This document shows, piece after piece, positions 50,764 to 60,305 of a stretch of 64,000 nt of DNA. This DNA is from an uncultured Gammaproteobacteria bacterium. GTDB taxonomy: Bacteria; Pseudomonadota; Gammaproteobacteria; SZUA-229. Positions within the stretch are counted from its first letter, which is position 1. Every line of letters starts with the position of its first letter. Location of the stretch: assembly GCA_937998645.1 (NCBI GenBank), contig CALLCZ010000032.1, forward strand, positions 5,593 through 69,592, in the 5' to 3' direction. The position numbers and the translations under genes were made by a program. Below the pieces are notes generated by a model. It saw nothing but the letters and a program-made list of their open reading frames with translations. It had not been told where the DNA came from and did not search any database.

Positions 50764-51492
50764 TTAGCCCATGTCTCCCCATCGTGATTGTAGCGCAGAG
50801 ATTACAGCGGGGCCTGCTGTCTCGGTCCTTAAGATACGTGGACCAAATTTTATTCTGTTATAGCCGGCATCAGACGCCGTGTTAATTTCCTGCGCTGACA
50901 GGCCGCCCTCGGGGCCTGATATAATGCATATCGATGTAATATCAGCCTCGATGTCGTTTATGCCTTTCGCTGCGGTTGGGTCCAGTACCAGTCGGATGTC
51001 GGTTGAGACTTCGTTAATGGCTTTTTCAAACGTCGTTGCCTGATGAATTGCGGGTAACAGGGTTCTGCCGCTTTGCTCACATGCGCTGATAGCGATTTGA
51101 TTCCAGCGCTCGTATTTTTTACTTGCCCGTTCCCTGTTTATATTTGCAGAACGTTCGCAGATAACCGGAATGATTTCGGTTACGCCCAGTTCTGTTGCCT
51201 TCTGTATAGTCGTGTCCATGTGCTCGCTGCGTGAAAGACCCTGTATCAATCTTATTCTTAAAGCTGATTCACGATTAATTTCGACAAAGCCGTTGATAAT
51301 GATATTGGCTGCCTTTGGATCTTCATTGAGCAGTGTGGCCGAAAATTCACCACCTTCGCCGTTGAACACGGTTACTGCCGAGTCTTTTTTGCATCTTAGT
51401 ACACGGACCAGGTGGTTTGATGCCCTGGCAGGCAGGGAAAGCACTTCACCCGAAGTAATACGGCTGTTGAAATAAATACGTGTGGTACGCAA
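50764..51492 (-). CDS. rsmE: 16S rRNA (uracil1498-N3)-methyltransferase
   Basis: RsmE family (PUA-like N-terminus, SPOUT fold with IISGPEGG). Start set at the TTG at 51492 (RIYF N-terminus); the ATG alternative at 51600 would overlap metF. Confidence 0.75.
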   Translation of the reverse strand: MRTTRIYFNSRITSGEVLSLPARASNHLVRVLRCKKDSAVTVFNGEGGEFSATLLNEDPKAANIIINGFVEINRESALRIRLIQGLSRSEHMDTTIQKATELGVTEIIPVICERSANINRERASKKYERWNQIAISACEQSGRTLLPAIHQATTFEKAINEVSTDIRLVLDPTAAKGINDIEADITSICIISGPEGGLSAQEINTASDAGYNRIKFGPRILRTETAGPAVISALQSRWGDMG

Positions 51493-51500
51493 TGTCGATG

Positions 51501-52349
51501 TTATGAATTGAGTCTGCGCCAGATTTCGAGTGTGACCTGCGACTGGTTGAGAGTATAGAAATGCAGGCCGGGTGCGCCGCTTTCGAGCAGGCGTGAACAC
51601 AGGCTGGTGACAACGTCAGTTCCAAAATCAATCAGGCTGTCTATATCATCTTCATAGGCTTCCAGCTGCTTTCGAATCCAGCGTGGAATTTCAGCGCCGC
51701 AGTTATCAGAAAATCTGACAAGGCCTTTATAGTTTGTGATCGGCATAATGCCGGGAACAACAGGCACATCGAGATTTGCCTTCTGGCAGTTTTCAATGAA
51801 ACGTAAATAGGCGTCGATATTATAGAAATACTGGGTAATCGCCGAGTCGGCGCCGGATTCTATCTTGCGTTTAAAGTACTGGAAGTCTGACTCGGGTGTT
51901 GCAGATTCGGGGTGATACTCGGGATAGGCGGCAACTTCGATATGAAAGTGGTCGCCGGTCTGTTCGCGTATAAACGCTACCAGTTCATTGGCATGGTTGA
52001 AATCATTCGCTCCCGGACCTCCTTCGGGTATATCGCCACGCAATGTAACCAGCCGGTTAACGCCTCTGTCGATGTAGCGTTCGATCAACTCCTTGAGTTG
52101 ATCTCGAGTCGAGCCAATGCAGGATATGTGGGGTGCAACCGATGCGTTGTCCTCTCTGAGTCGATCAACCGCGTCCAGGGTGCGGTCACGGTTTGTACCA
52201 CCGGCGCCAAATGTAACCGAATAAAACGCAGGATGCATGTTTTCATCCAGTTCATTGCGGACAATAAGAAGCTTTTCCATGCCGGCTTCCGTTTGGGGAG
52301 GGAAAAACTCGCAACTGAAAATTTTGGCGTCGTCCATAGGAGAATTCAT
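51501..52349 (-). CDS. metF: 5,10-methylenetetrahydrofolate reductase
   Basis: 282 aa. FSCEFFPP, SVTFGAGG, and HFYTLN motifs. Confidence 0.9.
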   Translation of the reverse strand: MNSPMDDAKIFSCEFFPPQTEAGMEKLLIVRNELDENMHPAFYSVTFGAGGTNRDRTLDAVDRLREDNASVAPHISCIGSTRDQLKELIERYIDRGVNRLVTLRGDIPEGGPGANDFNHANELVAFIREQTGDHFHIEVAAYPEYHPESATPESDFQYFKRKIESGADSAITQYFYNIDAYLRFIENCQKANLDVPVVPGIMPITNYKGLVRFSDNCGAEIPRWIRKQLEAYEDDIDSLIDFGTDVVTSLCSRLLESGAPGLHFYTLNQSQVTLEIWRRLNS

Positions 52350-52413
52350 GATGGCTCAAAATCCGGGTTGTTGGCACAAGGGTGCTGTTGATAACAGCAC
52401 CCTGTATCAGATT

Positions 52414-53835
52414 TTAATAACGATAGTGTTCTGGCTTATAGGGGCCGTCTACAGGTACATTGATATAATCAGCCTGTTCCGGGGACAGGCTGGTCAGATT
52501 AACGCCGATCTTCTGCAAGTGCAGTCGGGCAACCTTTTCGTCAAGTATTTTTGGTAATACGTAAACCTTGTTTTCGTATTTATCCGCGTTGGTGAAAAAC
52601 TCGATCTGTGCCATCACCTGGTTGGTAAATGATGCGGACATGACGAAACTCGGATGTCCTGTCGCACAGCCCAGATTAACCAGCCTGCCTTTGGCGAGTA
52701 TAATGATGCGCTTGCCATCCGGGAAAATAACGTGGTCTACCTGGGGTTTGATTTCTTCCCATTGGTATTTCTCCAGCGAGGCGATCTCGATTTCGGAATC
52801 AAAGTGGCCGATGTTGCACACGATGGCTTCATTTTTCATCGCAGCCATGTGGTCATGGTTGATGACATTCACATTACCGGTCGTCGTTACAAAAATGTCG
52901 CCCTGGCTGGCGGCATCATCCATGTTGACGACGCGGTATCCTTCCATAGCAGCCTGCAGTGCGCAGATCGGGTCGATTTCTGTGACCCATACTGTTGCGC
53001 CCATGCCGCGAAAAGCCTGAGCGCAACCTTTGCCGACATCACCATAGCCCAGCACAACGCAGACCTTGCCTGCGACCATGACATCCGTAGCGCGCTTGAT
53101 GCCATCGAGCAGTGATTCACGGCAACCGTACAGGTTATCGAATTTAGACTTGGTCACCGAGTCGTTGACGTTCATCGCGGGGAACATCAGTTCTCCGGAT
53201 TCCTGCATCTGGTAAAGGCGATGTACACCTGTGGTGGTTTCCTCGGTAACACCTTTTACGCTTTCAACGATCTGGCTCCATTTGCTAGAGCCGTCAGAGA
53301 TGGTGCGCTTGAGCAAAGCGATAATGGCTTTCCATTCTTCATTATCATCAGTTTTAGCGTCTGGAACGGCACCTGCCTGTTCATACTCGGCACCTTTATG
53401 TACCAGCAGAGTGGCATCGCCGCCATCGTCGAGAATCATGTTTGGCGTGCCGCCGTCTGGCCAGGTCAGCGCCTGTTCAGTACACCACCAGTATTCTTCT
53501 ATGGTTTCACCCTTCCAGGCAAAAACTGGAATACCTTCTGCTGCGATGGCAGCGGCGGCCTGGTCCTGAGTCGAAAAGATGTTGCATGATGCCCAGCGGA
53601 CTTCAGCGCCCAGGGCGACCAGGGTTTCGATCAGCACAGCAGTCTGGATAGTCATGTGCAGGCTGCCGGTGATGCGGGCGCCTTTGAGGGGTTGCTCATT
53701 GCCATATTCTTCACGCAGCGCCATCAGGCCCGGCATTTCTGTTTCGGCAATGGATATTTCCTTACGGCCCCAATCGGCCAGGGAAAGGTCAGCGACCTTG
53801 TAATCGGAAAAGTTATTTTCAACAACAGCATTCAT
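52414..53835 (-). CDS. ahcY: adenosylhomocysteinase
   Basis: 473 aa. NAD-binding and AdoHcyase signature motifs, full-length collinearity. Confidence 0.92.
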   Translation of the reverse strand: MNAVVENNFSDYKVADLSLADWGRKEISIAETEMPGLMALREEYGNEQPLKGARITGSLHMTIQTAVLIETLVALGAEVRWASCNIFSTQDQAAAAIAAEGIPVFAWKGETIEEYWWCTEQALTWPDGGTPNMILDDGGDATLLVHKGAEYEQAGAVPDAKTDDNEEWKAIIALLKRTISDGSSKWSQIVESVKGVTEETTTGVHRLYQMQESGELMFPAMNVNDSVTKSKFDNLYGCRESLLDGIKRATDVMVAGKVCVVLGYGDVGKGCAQAFRGMGATVWVTEIDPICALQAAMEGYRVVNMDDAASQGDIFVTTTGNVNVINHDHMAAMKNEAIVCNIGHFDSEIEIASLEKYQWEEIKPQVDHVIFPDGKRIIILAKGRLVNLGCATGHPSFVMSASFTNQVMAQIEFFTNADKYENKVYVLPKILDEKVARLHLQKIGVNLTSLSPEQADYINVPVDGPYKPEHYRY

Positions 53836-53863
53836 TACTCATCTCCTAATGTGTATTAAGAAA

Positions 53864-53964
53864 TGAGCGCCGTTGTTAATCTCTGAGCCTGACACCGTCA
53901 GAAGACGTATAAATTCATATTTGCGAATCTATACGTCTTCTGACGGGGCTGCAGCGCTCCTCAG
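53864..53964 (-). ncRNA. SAH riboswitch (S-adenosylhomocysteine-sensing) in the ahcY leader
   Basis: Minus-strand sequence reads CUGAGGAGCGCUGCAGCCCC-[long hairpin]-GGUGUCAGGCUCAGAG...AACAACGGCGCUCA. This carries the three conserved SAH-riboswitch blocks (GAGGAGCGCUGC / CAGGCUC / ACGGCGCUC) 30–130 nt upstream of the ahcY ATG, with an AGGAG RBS following. Confidence 0.65.
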
Positions 53965-54028
53965 AAAGGAATCGGGGGAATTATAGCCCAGCCGGGCCCA
54001 AATTTACACAGGCCCGACCAGGTGAGGC

Positions 54029-55192
54029 TTAGAGCCCTGCTGCGTCCTTCAGTGCGGCTGCTTTATCGGTTTTTTCCCAGGTAAAATCAGGCTCTTCGCG
54101 GCCGAAATGACCATAGGCGGCTGTATTGCGGTAAATCGGGCGCAGCAGGTCGAGCATCTGTATCAGGCCTTTCGGCTTGAGGTCAAAGTGCGCGCGCACA
54201 AGTTCGATGATGCGCGCATCTTCAATTTTCCCTGTGCCAAATGTCTGTACCGAGATAGAGGTTGGTTCGGCTACGCCAATGGCATATGAGACCTGGATTT
54301 CACATTTGTCAGCGAGGCCGGCTGCGACGATGTTCTTGGCCACATAGCGTCCGGCATAAGCGGCAGAGCGGTCGACTTTTGACGGGTCCTTGCCGGAAAA
54401 AGCGCCGCCACCATGACGGGCCATGCCGCCGTAGGTATCTACGATGATTTTACGACCGGTAAGGCCGCAGTCGCCGACGGGCCCGCCGATGACAAATTTT
54501 CCGGTCGGGTTGATGTGGATGTCGTCCTGTGAACACTGATCCAGCCATTCAGCCGGCAATACCGGCTTGATGATTTCATCCATCACGGCTTCACGCAGAT
54601 TTTTATATTCAATATCGGGATCATGCTGCGTGGACAGTACTACGGCATTGATACCCACGGGTTTGCCGTCGGCATATTTGAAAGTCACCTGGCTTTTTGC
54701 ATCCGGGCGCAGCCAGGGCAGGGTGCCACTTTTGCGAATCTCGGCCTGGCGTTTCACCAGCCTGTGCGCATAGGTGATAGGCGCCGGCATTAGCACATCA
54801 GTTTCATTGCTGGCATATCCAAACATAAGGCCCTGGTCGCCGGCTCCCTGTTCATGTTCGCCGGATTCATCCACACCCATAGCGATATCTGATGACTGCT
54901 TGTCGATCGAGGTCAGCACGGCGCAGGATTCCCAGTCAAAACCCATATCTGAATGGTTATAGCCAATCTCCTTGACTGTCTCGCGCACTACAGCCTGCAT
55001 ATCGACCCAGGCTTCGGTAGTGATTTCACCGGAGATGATCACCATGCCGGTGTTGACCATGGTTTCACAGGCGACACGCGCCCTGGTGTCCTGTTTAAAT
55101 ATCGCGTCCAGTACAGCGTCTGAGATCTGGTCGGCAACCTTGTCCGGATGGCCTTCAGAAACTGATTCTGATGTAAATAAATGTTCGCTCAT
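54029..55192 (-). CDS. metK: S-adenosylmethionine synthetase
   Basis: 387 aa. GHPDK, GAGDQG, and GGGAFSGKD motifs. Confidence 0.92.
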   Translation of the reverse strand: MSEHLFTSESVSEGHPDKVADQISDAVLDAIFKQDTRARVACETMVNTGMVIISGEITTEAWVDMQAVVRETVKEIGYNHSDMGFDWESCAVLTSIDKQSSDIAMGVDESGEHEQGAGDQGLMFGYASNETDVLMPAPITYAHRLVKRQAEIRKSGTLPWLRPDAKSQVTFKYADGKPVGINAVVLSTQHDPDIEYKNLREAVMDEIIKPVLPAEWLDQCSQDDIHINPTGKFVIGGPVGDCGLTGRKIIVDTYGGMARHGGGAFSGKDPSKVDRSAAYAGRYVAKNIVAAGLADKCEIQVSYAIGVAEPTSISVQTFGTGKIEDARIIELVRAHFDLKPKGLIQMLDLLRPIYRNTAAYGHFGREEPDFTWEKTDKAAALKDAAGL

Positions 55193-55225
55193 AATAGTAC
55201 CTGTAAATGATGGCCTTATTTTAAA

Positions 55226-55267
55226 GGCAATAAAAAACCCGTCTAAGCACAGGCTATGACGGGTTTT
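55226..55267 (-). terminator. intrinsic-terminator-like hairpin plus U-run in the metK leader (or the dnaG operon terminator)
   Basis: Minus strand: AAAACCCGUC-N14-GACGGGUUUUUUAUU, 34 nt upstream of the metK ATG. Confidence 0.5.
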
Positions 55268-55303
55268 CGATAATGTTCTTGTATCGGAACTCGCTTTAGC
55301 CGT

Positions 55304-55332
55304 ATTTATAAAGCGCCCGCAATCTGAGTCAA
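55304..55332 (-). promoter_or_regulatory. putative sigma70 promoter for metK (TTGACT-N18-TAAATA)
   Basis: Read directly from the minus-strand sequence. Spacing and hexamers are close to consensus. Confidence 0.3.
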
Positions 55333-55423
55333 ATTGGCGCCTGATGCCAGCGGATTATGCCGTTTTTATATGTGTTGTCAACATTAATATATTTAAGGCT
55401 TTTCAACGCAAAGACATTTTCAA

Positions 55424-55575
55424 CGCAAAGGCGCAAAGACGCAGAGAACGCAAAGATGTTTCTATAGTTGCTCCTGGTAAATGCATCTGTCTGATCTGTA
55501 GATATTTTAAACCAGAAGTTCCTGCAAAAAAATTTTACAAGCTCTGCGCTCTTTGCGGCTTTGCGCCTCTGCGTT
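55424..55575. mobile_element. small MITE/BIME-like element with inverted CGCAAAG/CTTTGCG octamer-repeat ends
   Basis: Left CGCAAAGGCGCAAAGACGCAGAGAACGCAAAG (55424–55455) versus right CTCTGCGCTCTTTGCGGCTTTGCGCCTCTGCG (55544–55575), which are approximate reverse complements. Confidence 0.5.
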
Positions 55576-55598
55576 AAGGTTTAAAAAAATAATCCGTG

Positions 55599-57350
55599 CT
55601 ACCTTGTCAGCAGGGATTTGTATTCTTCGAGTTCTGCTTCACTAAGTCCGCCTTGTTTGAGCTTGGTTTCCAGTATTTCAAAGCGCTCATCATTTAATTT
55701 CATCGTAAGGCGCTGAATGGCATCATTGAAAACAGCCAGTTGTCCGGATTTTTCATCAGTACCAAACACATTCCTCTGCATCAGTTTTTGCAGTATTTCG
55801 AAGTCTCCTTTATCTCGCCAGCGTTCAAGCAGAGCAGAAGAAGAGATTGCGGGATTATCACGGGCTATCTGGTATAACGCATAAAGCAGAGAGAAACCCT
55901 GTATCGACGCTGATGCAAAAAAATCGGGTAGATTTGTTTCCCCGGCCAGTTCGGGGTGTTGCAGCAGCAGGGCAATAGCATCACGCGTTGCATTCTGTTT
56001 GACTTCCCTGTTGCCGCGCGACCGGGTGGTTGGCTGTTTGTTTACCTTTTCTGCTTCAGTCGATACAATTTCGCCCTGTAATTTGTCATCGCTGATACCG
56101 ACAAGCTCGGACAGGCGTTTATACATCAAGTCCCTGAACACACTTTCAGGTATTGTTGACAGTAAAGGTCTTGCTGTTTTTGCAAGCCGGGCTTTTCCAT
56201 CCATAGATCTGGTGTCGATTTCTTTTAGCAGTTTGTCAAACAGAAATTCAGAAAGTGGTGTCGCATTTTCAAGCCGTTTTTCAAATGCGTCTTTGCCTTC
56301 TTTGCGCACCATCGAGTCAGGGTCTTCACCGTCCGGTAAAAAAAGGAAGCGTGCTTCGAGGCCATCACGCAGTATCGGCAAGGTATTTTCAAGTGCGCGC
56401 CATGCGGCCTTTTGTCCGGCCTGGTCGCCATCGTAGCAAAAGATAAGCTGATGAACCGAGCGAAACAGTTTCTGTATCTGGTCTTTGGTTGTTGCGGTAC
56501 CAAGTGAAGCAACTGCATACTCGATGCCGTTTTGCGCAAGTGCAACAACATCCATATAACCTTCCACAACAACGATGCGCTGAAGGTTTCTCAGCGCTTG
56601 CCGGGCTTCATAAAAGCCATAAAGTTCATAGCCTTTATGAAAGATCGGTGTTTCCGGCGAATTGAGATACTTGGGCTCGCCATCGTCGATAATGCGGCCG
56701 CCAAAGGCGATGGTGTGGCCGCGCCGATCAAGAATCGGAAACATGATACGGTCACGAAAACGGTCGTAACGCTTGCCCGGCGACTTTTCCACGAGCATGC
56801 CGGCGGCCTTCAGGTGGTTGATATTGCTTGCATTACTTCCCATGTTGTCGAGCAGGAAATTCCAGCCATCGGGGGCATAGCCGAGTTTGTAGCGCCTGGC
56901 GATTTCACCGCTGAGACCGCGCTGTTTTAGATAGCCGATGGCTCGTTCCGAGCTGCGCAATTGCTGTTGATACAATTGTGAAGCCTGTTCGAGCACATCA
57001 AATAGCGGCTGTTTGTCGTCTCTTGCCTGGCTGGTACCGGCGGGAGTGTCTTCTCGCGGCACTTCGACGTGATACTCGGCAGCAAGTGTTTCAATCGCAT
57101 CGACGAAATCAAGATGCTCATACTCCATCAAAAAACCGATCGCGGTGCCGTGCGCACCGCAGCCAAAGCAATGATAAAACTGCTTGGCTTCACTGACAGT
57201 AAATGAAGGCGTCTTTTCGTTATGAAACGGGCAGCAGGCAGTATATTCCCGGCCTTTCTTCTTCAATGGTACGCGGGTGTTGATGACTTCAACAATATCA
57301 GCTCGAGCAATCAAATCATCGATGAATGATTGTGGAATTCTGCCTGCCAT
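55599..57350 (-). CDS. dnaG: DNA primase
   Basis: 583 aa. Zinc ribbon CCPFHNEKTPSF...HCFGCGAHG, TOPRIM domain. Confidence 0.9.
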   Translation of the reverse strand: MAGRIPQSFIDDLIARADIVEVINTRVPLKKKGREYTACCPFHNEKTPSFTVSEAKQFYHCFGCGAHGTAIGFLMEYEHLDFVDAIETLAAEYHVEVPREDTPAGTSQARDDKQPLFDVLEQASQLYQQQLRSSERAIGYLKQRGLSGEIARRYKLGYAPDGWNFLLDNMGSNASNINHLKAAGMLVEKSPGKRYDRFRDRIMFPILDRRGHTIAFGGRIIDDGEPKYLNSPETPIFHKGYELYGFYEARQALRNLQRIVVVEGYMDVVALAQNGIEYAVASLGTATTKDQIQKLFRSVHQLIFCYDGDQAGQKAAWRALENTLPILRDGLEARFLFLPDGEDPDSMVRKEGKDAFEKRLENATPLSEFLFDKLLKEIDTRSMDGKARLAKTARPLLSTIPESVFRDLMYKRLSELVGISDDKLQGEIVSTEAEKVNKQPTTRSRGNREVKQNATRDAIALLLQHPELAGETNLPDFFASASIQGFSLLYALYQIARDNPAISSSALLERWRDKGDFEILQKLMQRNVFGTDEKSGQLAVFNDAIQRLTMKLNDERFEILETKLKQGGLSEAELEEYKSLLTR

Positions 57351-57357
57351 TGTGTGT

Positions 57358-58527
57358 TTAAGGAATCAGGTTAACAAATGAAAGTTGCCGGGGGTTGAAT
57401 ATGCGTTCATATTCAACAATGGCATATCTGTCAGTCATGCCGGCAATATAGTCTGCAACACCACGCGCAATGCCTTCATCGCCTGATTCGCCCTGCATGA
57501 TCCGGCATTGCTCGCGGTTTTCAGGGGGGAGGATTTTGATGTCATTCATAAAGGCATCGAACAGGGCAGTGATGATGTCATAGGCTTTTCTGCTCATTCG
57601 ATGTACGCGGTAATGCTGGTAGAGATTTTCCCGTAGAAACTGTTTCAGTTCCAGGTTCAATGCAGACATTTCATCGCTGAAAGTCATTAACGGTTTTGCC
57701 TGGCTGCGCACATCTTGCAATGACTCAAGCCTCGCTGATGAGATGTGGTTGCGGCTGGTATCGATCAGGTCAACGACCATGACATTGATCATGCGCCTGA
57801 TGATTTCGTGGATCATTTGCCGGTCATTAATATCCCGGTGTTTTGCGATAACCTTATCGTATTGATCGCGGAACAGTTTGATTTCGAGCAAGTCATCAAA
57901 AGTAATCAAACCGTATCTCAGGCCATCATCGACATCATGGTTGCTGTATGCAGTTTCATCAGAGAGGTCAACCAGCTGTGCTTCAAGGCAGGGTTGAGTT
58001 TTGTCGATAAAACGATTCCCAACATCTCCAAGCATGCGCGCATTCTTCACCGAGCAATGCTTGAGAATGCCCTCGCGTGTTTCGAACATCAGGTTGAGGC
58101 CATGAAATTCAGCGTATTTTTGTTCAAGCTTGTCGACAACACGAAGCGACTGCAGGTTATGTTCAAAACCGCCATAATCTTTCATGCACTGGTTCAGGGC
58201 TGTTTGCCCGGCATGTCCAAAGGGTGTGTGCCCAAGGTCGTGTGACAGTGCTATTGCTTCTGCCAGGTCCTCCTGCAGGTGAAGTTCGCGCGCGATACTG
58301 CGTGCGATCTGGGCAACCTCCAGTGAATGAGTAAGCCGTGTACGAAACAGATCGCCTTCATGGTTGACGAACACCTGGGTCTTGTATTCCAGTCTGCGGA
58401 ATGCCGCAGAATGAATGATACGGTCACGGTCACGCTGGAACTGGTTGCGGTAAATTGGCGTGTCTTCGGGATATACACGCCCCTTTGAATTTTTGTCCGT
58501 ACATGCGTAGGGTGCGAGATTATCCAT
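57358..58527 (-). CDS. dgt: dGTPase-family HD-domain phosphohydrolase (deoxyguanosinetriphosphate triphosphohydrolase-like)
   Basis: 389 aa. HD motif ([13 protein letters not shown]...[10 protein letters not shown]). Confidence 0.85.
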   Translation of the reverse strand: MDNLAPYACTDKNSKGRVYPEDTPIYRNQFQRDRDRIIHSAAFRRLEYKTQVFVNHEGDLFRTRLTHSLEVAQIARSIARELHLQEDLAEAIALSHDLGHTPFGHAGQTALNQCMKDYGGFEHNLQSLRVVDKLEQKYAEFHGLNLMFETREGILKHCSVKNARMLGDVGNRFIDKTQPCLEAQLVDLSDETAYSNHDVDDGLRYGLITFDDLLEIKLFRDQYDKVIAKHRDINDRQMIHEIIRRMINVMVVDLIDTSRNHISSARLESLQDVRSQAKPLMTFSDEMSALNLELKQFLRENLYQHYRVHRMSRKAYDIITALFDAFMNDIKILPPENREQCRIMQGESGDEGIARGVADYIAGMTDRYAIVEYERIFNPRQLSFVNLIP

Positions 58528-58550
58528 ATGTGAGTTTGCAGGAAGCTGAA

Positions 58551-59633
58551 TCAGGCCGGGTAACTGCTGCGAATAGCCTCAGCCAGTTGCTGTTCTGTGT
58601 AGTCGTTTGTGATTACAGCATGACCGATATCCTTCAGTAGCACAAGACGCAGCACGCCATCCATAACCTTTTTGTCCACTGACATCAGTTCTATAAAGCG
58701 TTCGACACTGAGCTCGACCGGTGCGTTTACCGGTAGCCTGGCCTGTTCGATCATGGTGGTGATACTACTGACATCTGCTGTGTTGAGCCAGCCGAGCTGG
58801 TGCGACATGATGGCCGCCATGCACATACCTGTAGCTACCGCCTCGCCGTGCAGCCAGTTGCCATAGCCCAGGCCGGCTTCGATGGCGTGCCCGAAGGTGT
58901 GACCCAGGTTGAGCAGGGCGCGCTGGCCGCTTTCTTTTTCATCGGCGGCAACTACTTCTGCCTTGTTGCGGCAGGACACTTCGATGGCGTAGGACAGTGC
59001 AGCGGCATCTCTTGCCAGTATCCCTGCCATGTTCTGTTGCAGCCAGTTAAAGAACGGCAGGTCCCTTATCAGACCGTATTTGATCACCTCGGCAATGCCA
59101 GCGCTGAGCTCGCGGTCGGGCAGGGTAATCAGCGTCGAGGTGTCTGCGATCACGGCCCTGGGTTGATAAAAAGCGCCGATCATGTTCTTGCCAAGGGGGT
59201 GATTGACAGCGGTTTTGCCACCGACTGAGGAGTCAACCTGGGCAAGCAGGGTGGTCGGTATCTGGATCAGGTGTACGCCGCGCTGGTAACTGGCAGCGGC
59301 AAAGCCCGCCATATCGCCAATAACGCCACCACCGAGTGCGATGATGGTGGAATTGCGGTCGAGTTTTTTGCCCAGCAGAACATCGTAGATGGTATTCAGG
59401 GTCTCAAGGTTCTTGTATTCTTCGCCATCCGGAAGGATACAGGTCTCGACCTGCTTGCTCGCCAGCATGGCCAGTGTTTTATCGAGATACAGCGGGGCTA
59501 CGGTTTCATTGCTGACAACCAGCACATTCTTGCCCGGGATGTGTTTCAGCAGCAGGTCTTCATTACCAAGCAGGTCCTCGCCTATATATATCGGGTAGCT
59601 GCGGTCTGCCAGGTCAACGGTGAGGGTGATCAT
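58551..59633 (-). CDS. aroB: 3-dehydroquinate synthase
   Basis: 360 aa. [16 protein letters not shown] motif and metal-binding His residues. Confidence 0.9.
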   Translation of the reverse strand: MITLTVDLADRSYPIYIGEDLLGNEDLLLKHIPGKNVLVVSNETVAPLYLDKTLAMLASKQVETCILPDGEEYKNLETLNTIYDVLLGKKLDRNSTIIALGGGVIGDMAGFAAASYQRGVHLIQIPTTLLAQVDSSVGGKTAVNHPLGKNMIGAFYQPRAVIADTSTLITLPDRELSAGIAEVIKYGLIRDLPFFNWLQQNMAGILARDAAALSYAIEVSCRNKAEVVAADEKESGQRALLNLGHTFGHAIEAGLGYGNWLHGEAVATGMCMAAIMSHQLGWLNTADVSSITTMIEQARLPVNAPVELSVERFIELMSVDKKVMDGVLRLVLLKDIGHAVITNDYTEQQLAEAIRSSYPA

Positions 59634-60178
59634 GAGTGCTTGTTTGTGCTTTTAGTGTTGGTTTTGAGGCAGCCAATAATAGCTTTTATTACCCCGCGTA
59701 TCGAGCTGTTGCCGGTATCGATGATATGATCAGCTGTTTGCCGGTAGAGTGAATCGCGCTCGTCCATCAGCCTTTTGAGGATGATTTCCGGGCTCTCCTC
59801 GCCATGCAGCAACGGTCGGTTTTTATCTTTGCGTGTCCGCTCCAGCAATGAGTTCAGGTCGGTATGGAGGTAAAAAGTGGTACCGCGTTCGGCCAGGTGC
59901 CTGCGATTCTCCTCTCTCAACACGGCTCCCCCACCGGTGGCCAGCACGATATTCTGCATAGCGGTGAGCTCATCAATAGCGGCCTGTTCACGCTTGCGAA
60001 AACCTTCTTCACCTTCAAGATCAAAGATCAGCGGGATATTGGCGCCCGTATGCTCTTCTATCACACGATCACTGTCGAAAAATGGCATTTTCAGTTCACG
60101 CGCCAGTTGTTTGCCAATAGTGGTTTTACCGGCGCCCATGGGGCCAATCAGGAAGATATTGCTAGGCTTTTTCATCAC
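59630..60178 (-). CDS. aroK: shikimate kinase
   Basis: Walker [12 protein letters not shown]. 182 aa. Confidence 0.9.
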   Translation of the reverse strand: MMKKPSNIFLIGPMGAGKTTIGKQLARELKMPFFDSDRVIEEHTGANIPLIFDLEGEEGFRKREQAAIDELTAMQNIVLATGGGAVLREENRRHLAERGTTFYLHTDLNSLLERTRKDKNRPLLHGEESPEIILKRLMDERDSLYRQTADHIIDTGNSSIRGVIKAIIGCLKTNTKSTNKHS

Positions 60179-60255
60179 TGGTGAATTCTACACCGCGATA
60201 AAATGCAGCAACAGCCGTTTAGCCGGCCTTTGTGCAATATGCGGATTTTAGTAAA

Positions 60256-60292
60256 GATAAAAAAAGAGCCGCATGAGCGGCTCTTTTTTTGC
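60256..60292 (-). terminator. intrinsic terminator downstream of pilQ (A-run/hairpin/T-run, potentially bidirectional)
   Basis: AAAAAAAGAGCCGC-ATGA-GCGGCTCTTTTTTT, 14–50 nt after the pilQ stop. Confidence 0.7.
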
Positions 60293-60305
60293 TTTTAGCG
60301 ATTGT

